A DNA stretch of 63,980 nt, the filler included, from Octopus bimaculoides (Eukaryota): NCBI RefSeq assembly GCF_001194135.2. It is 5 parts of 5 records of this genome, joined end to end, with 100 filler letters (N's around TTAATTAATTAA, not from the genome) between each part and the next. Parts side by side here need not be neighbours in the genome. Positions count along the whole stretch, not along the records: positions 62,877 to 63,980 come from NW_026432645.1; 4 more parts are not named here. One strand, 5' to 3'. Under the pieces are notes generated by a model. That model worked only from the letters and a program-made list of their open reading frames with translations. It did not search any database and was not told where the DNA came from. Both the position numbers and the translations under genes were made by a program. Numbering within the stretch: the stretch's first letter is position 1; every line of letters starts with the position of its first letter. Below, in pieces: positions 63,545 to 63,980 of the stretch.

Positions 63545-63830
63545 CTGGGGCCATGGAATAAGACACGTTACATAGATTTTGTACACTGGGAACAAACTTG
63601 AAGCAAATGGTTGCGAAGCACAGATCGACAAGTCGTAACTATATTTAGACCCATTAACTGAGTCATTCGAAACCACGAAGCCTCTAAAACAGCCAACTAC
63701 TAGAAAATAATGACGTGCTAAACAATCGAACCATGCGAAACAGTGCTTATTGAACGAGGTACCTTTCGAAAAGTCACTTGATGGGCTACATCTGCACTGA
63801 AAAATGTACCATAACCAGTTGTATGGTATC
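63545..63830 (+). mobile_element. Possible Merlin (IS1595/ISXO2-like) transposase relic
   Basis: KLEANGCEAQIDKS (cf. KIGGxGxxVQIDES), YLDPLT (cf. FVDPxTG), *RAKQSN..GT..LDG-Y; heavily frameshifted and deleted. Confidence 0.4.
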
Positions 63831-63980
63831 TCACCGGCAAGGGATCGATGCAAGATGGGTCAAAACAATGGTTGTAATTAATAAAGAATCTCGTGACATC
63901 TTTCATTTGTTTCATATATATATATAAAAATTATAAATGAAACATTCAAACACTGAGATTTGAAGTTAGATGTCACTACT

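Overview
Eukaryotic, AT-rich, gap-ridden scaffold dominated by microsatellites, SINEs and decayed transposons. The repeat landscape looks like an octopus (coleoid cephalopod) genome; this is an inference, not a database result. No prokaryotic features or CRISPR arrays. Two host genes are supported by spliced exons with canonical GT-AG sites and matching phases: ATPAF2 (ATP12) on the minus strand (exons 21907-21987, 19255-19367, 13235-13387; other exons not visible) and a CCDC74-like coiled-coil gene on the plus strand (exons 28120-28290 and 32238-32642, possibly with a 5' part at 25371-25494). Four synthetic N44-TTAATTAATTAA-N44 linkers split the window into separately assembled pieces, so long-range order is uncertain. 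Mobile elements include hAT, Tc1 (DD36E spacing), maT/mariner, piggyBac-like and hAT MITEs, a possible Merlin relic, R4/Dong-, HERO-, Tx1-, CR1/L2- and RTE-like LINE fragments and four tRNA-type SINE families. Most interesting: (1) long fold-back hairpins centred on minimal hammerhead-ribozyme-like motifs of the Penelope-element type; (2) an R4/Dong-like retrotransposon whose copies all sit in (CATA)n arrays in one orientation; (3) a frame-preserving 36-bp minisatellite born inside a retrotransposon RT ORF. Coordinates for decayed repeats are approximate.
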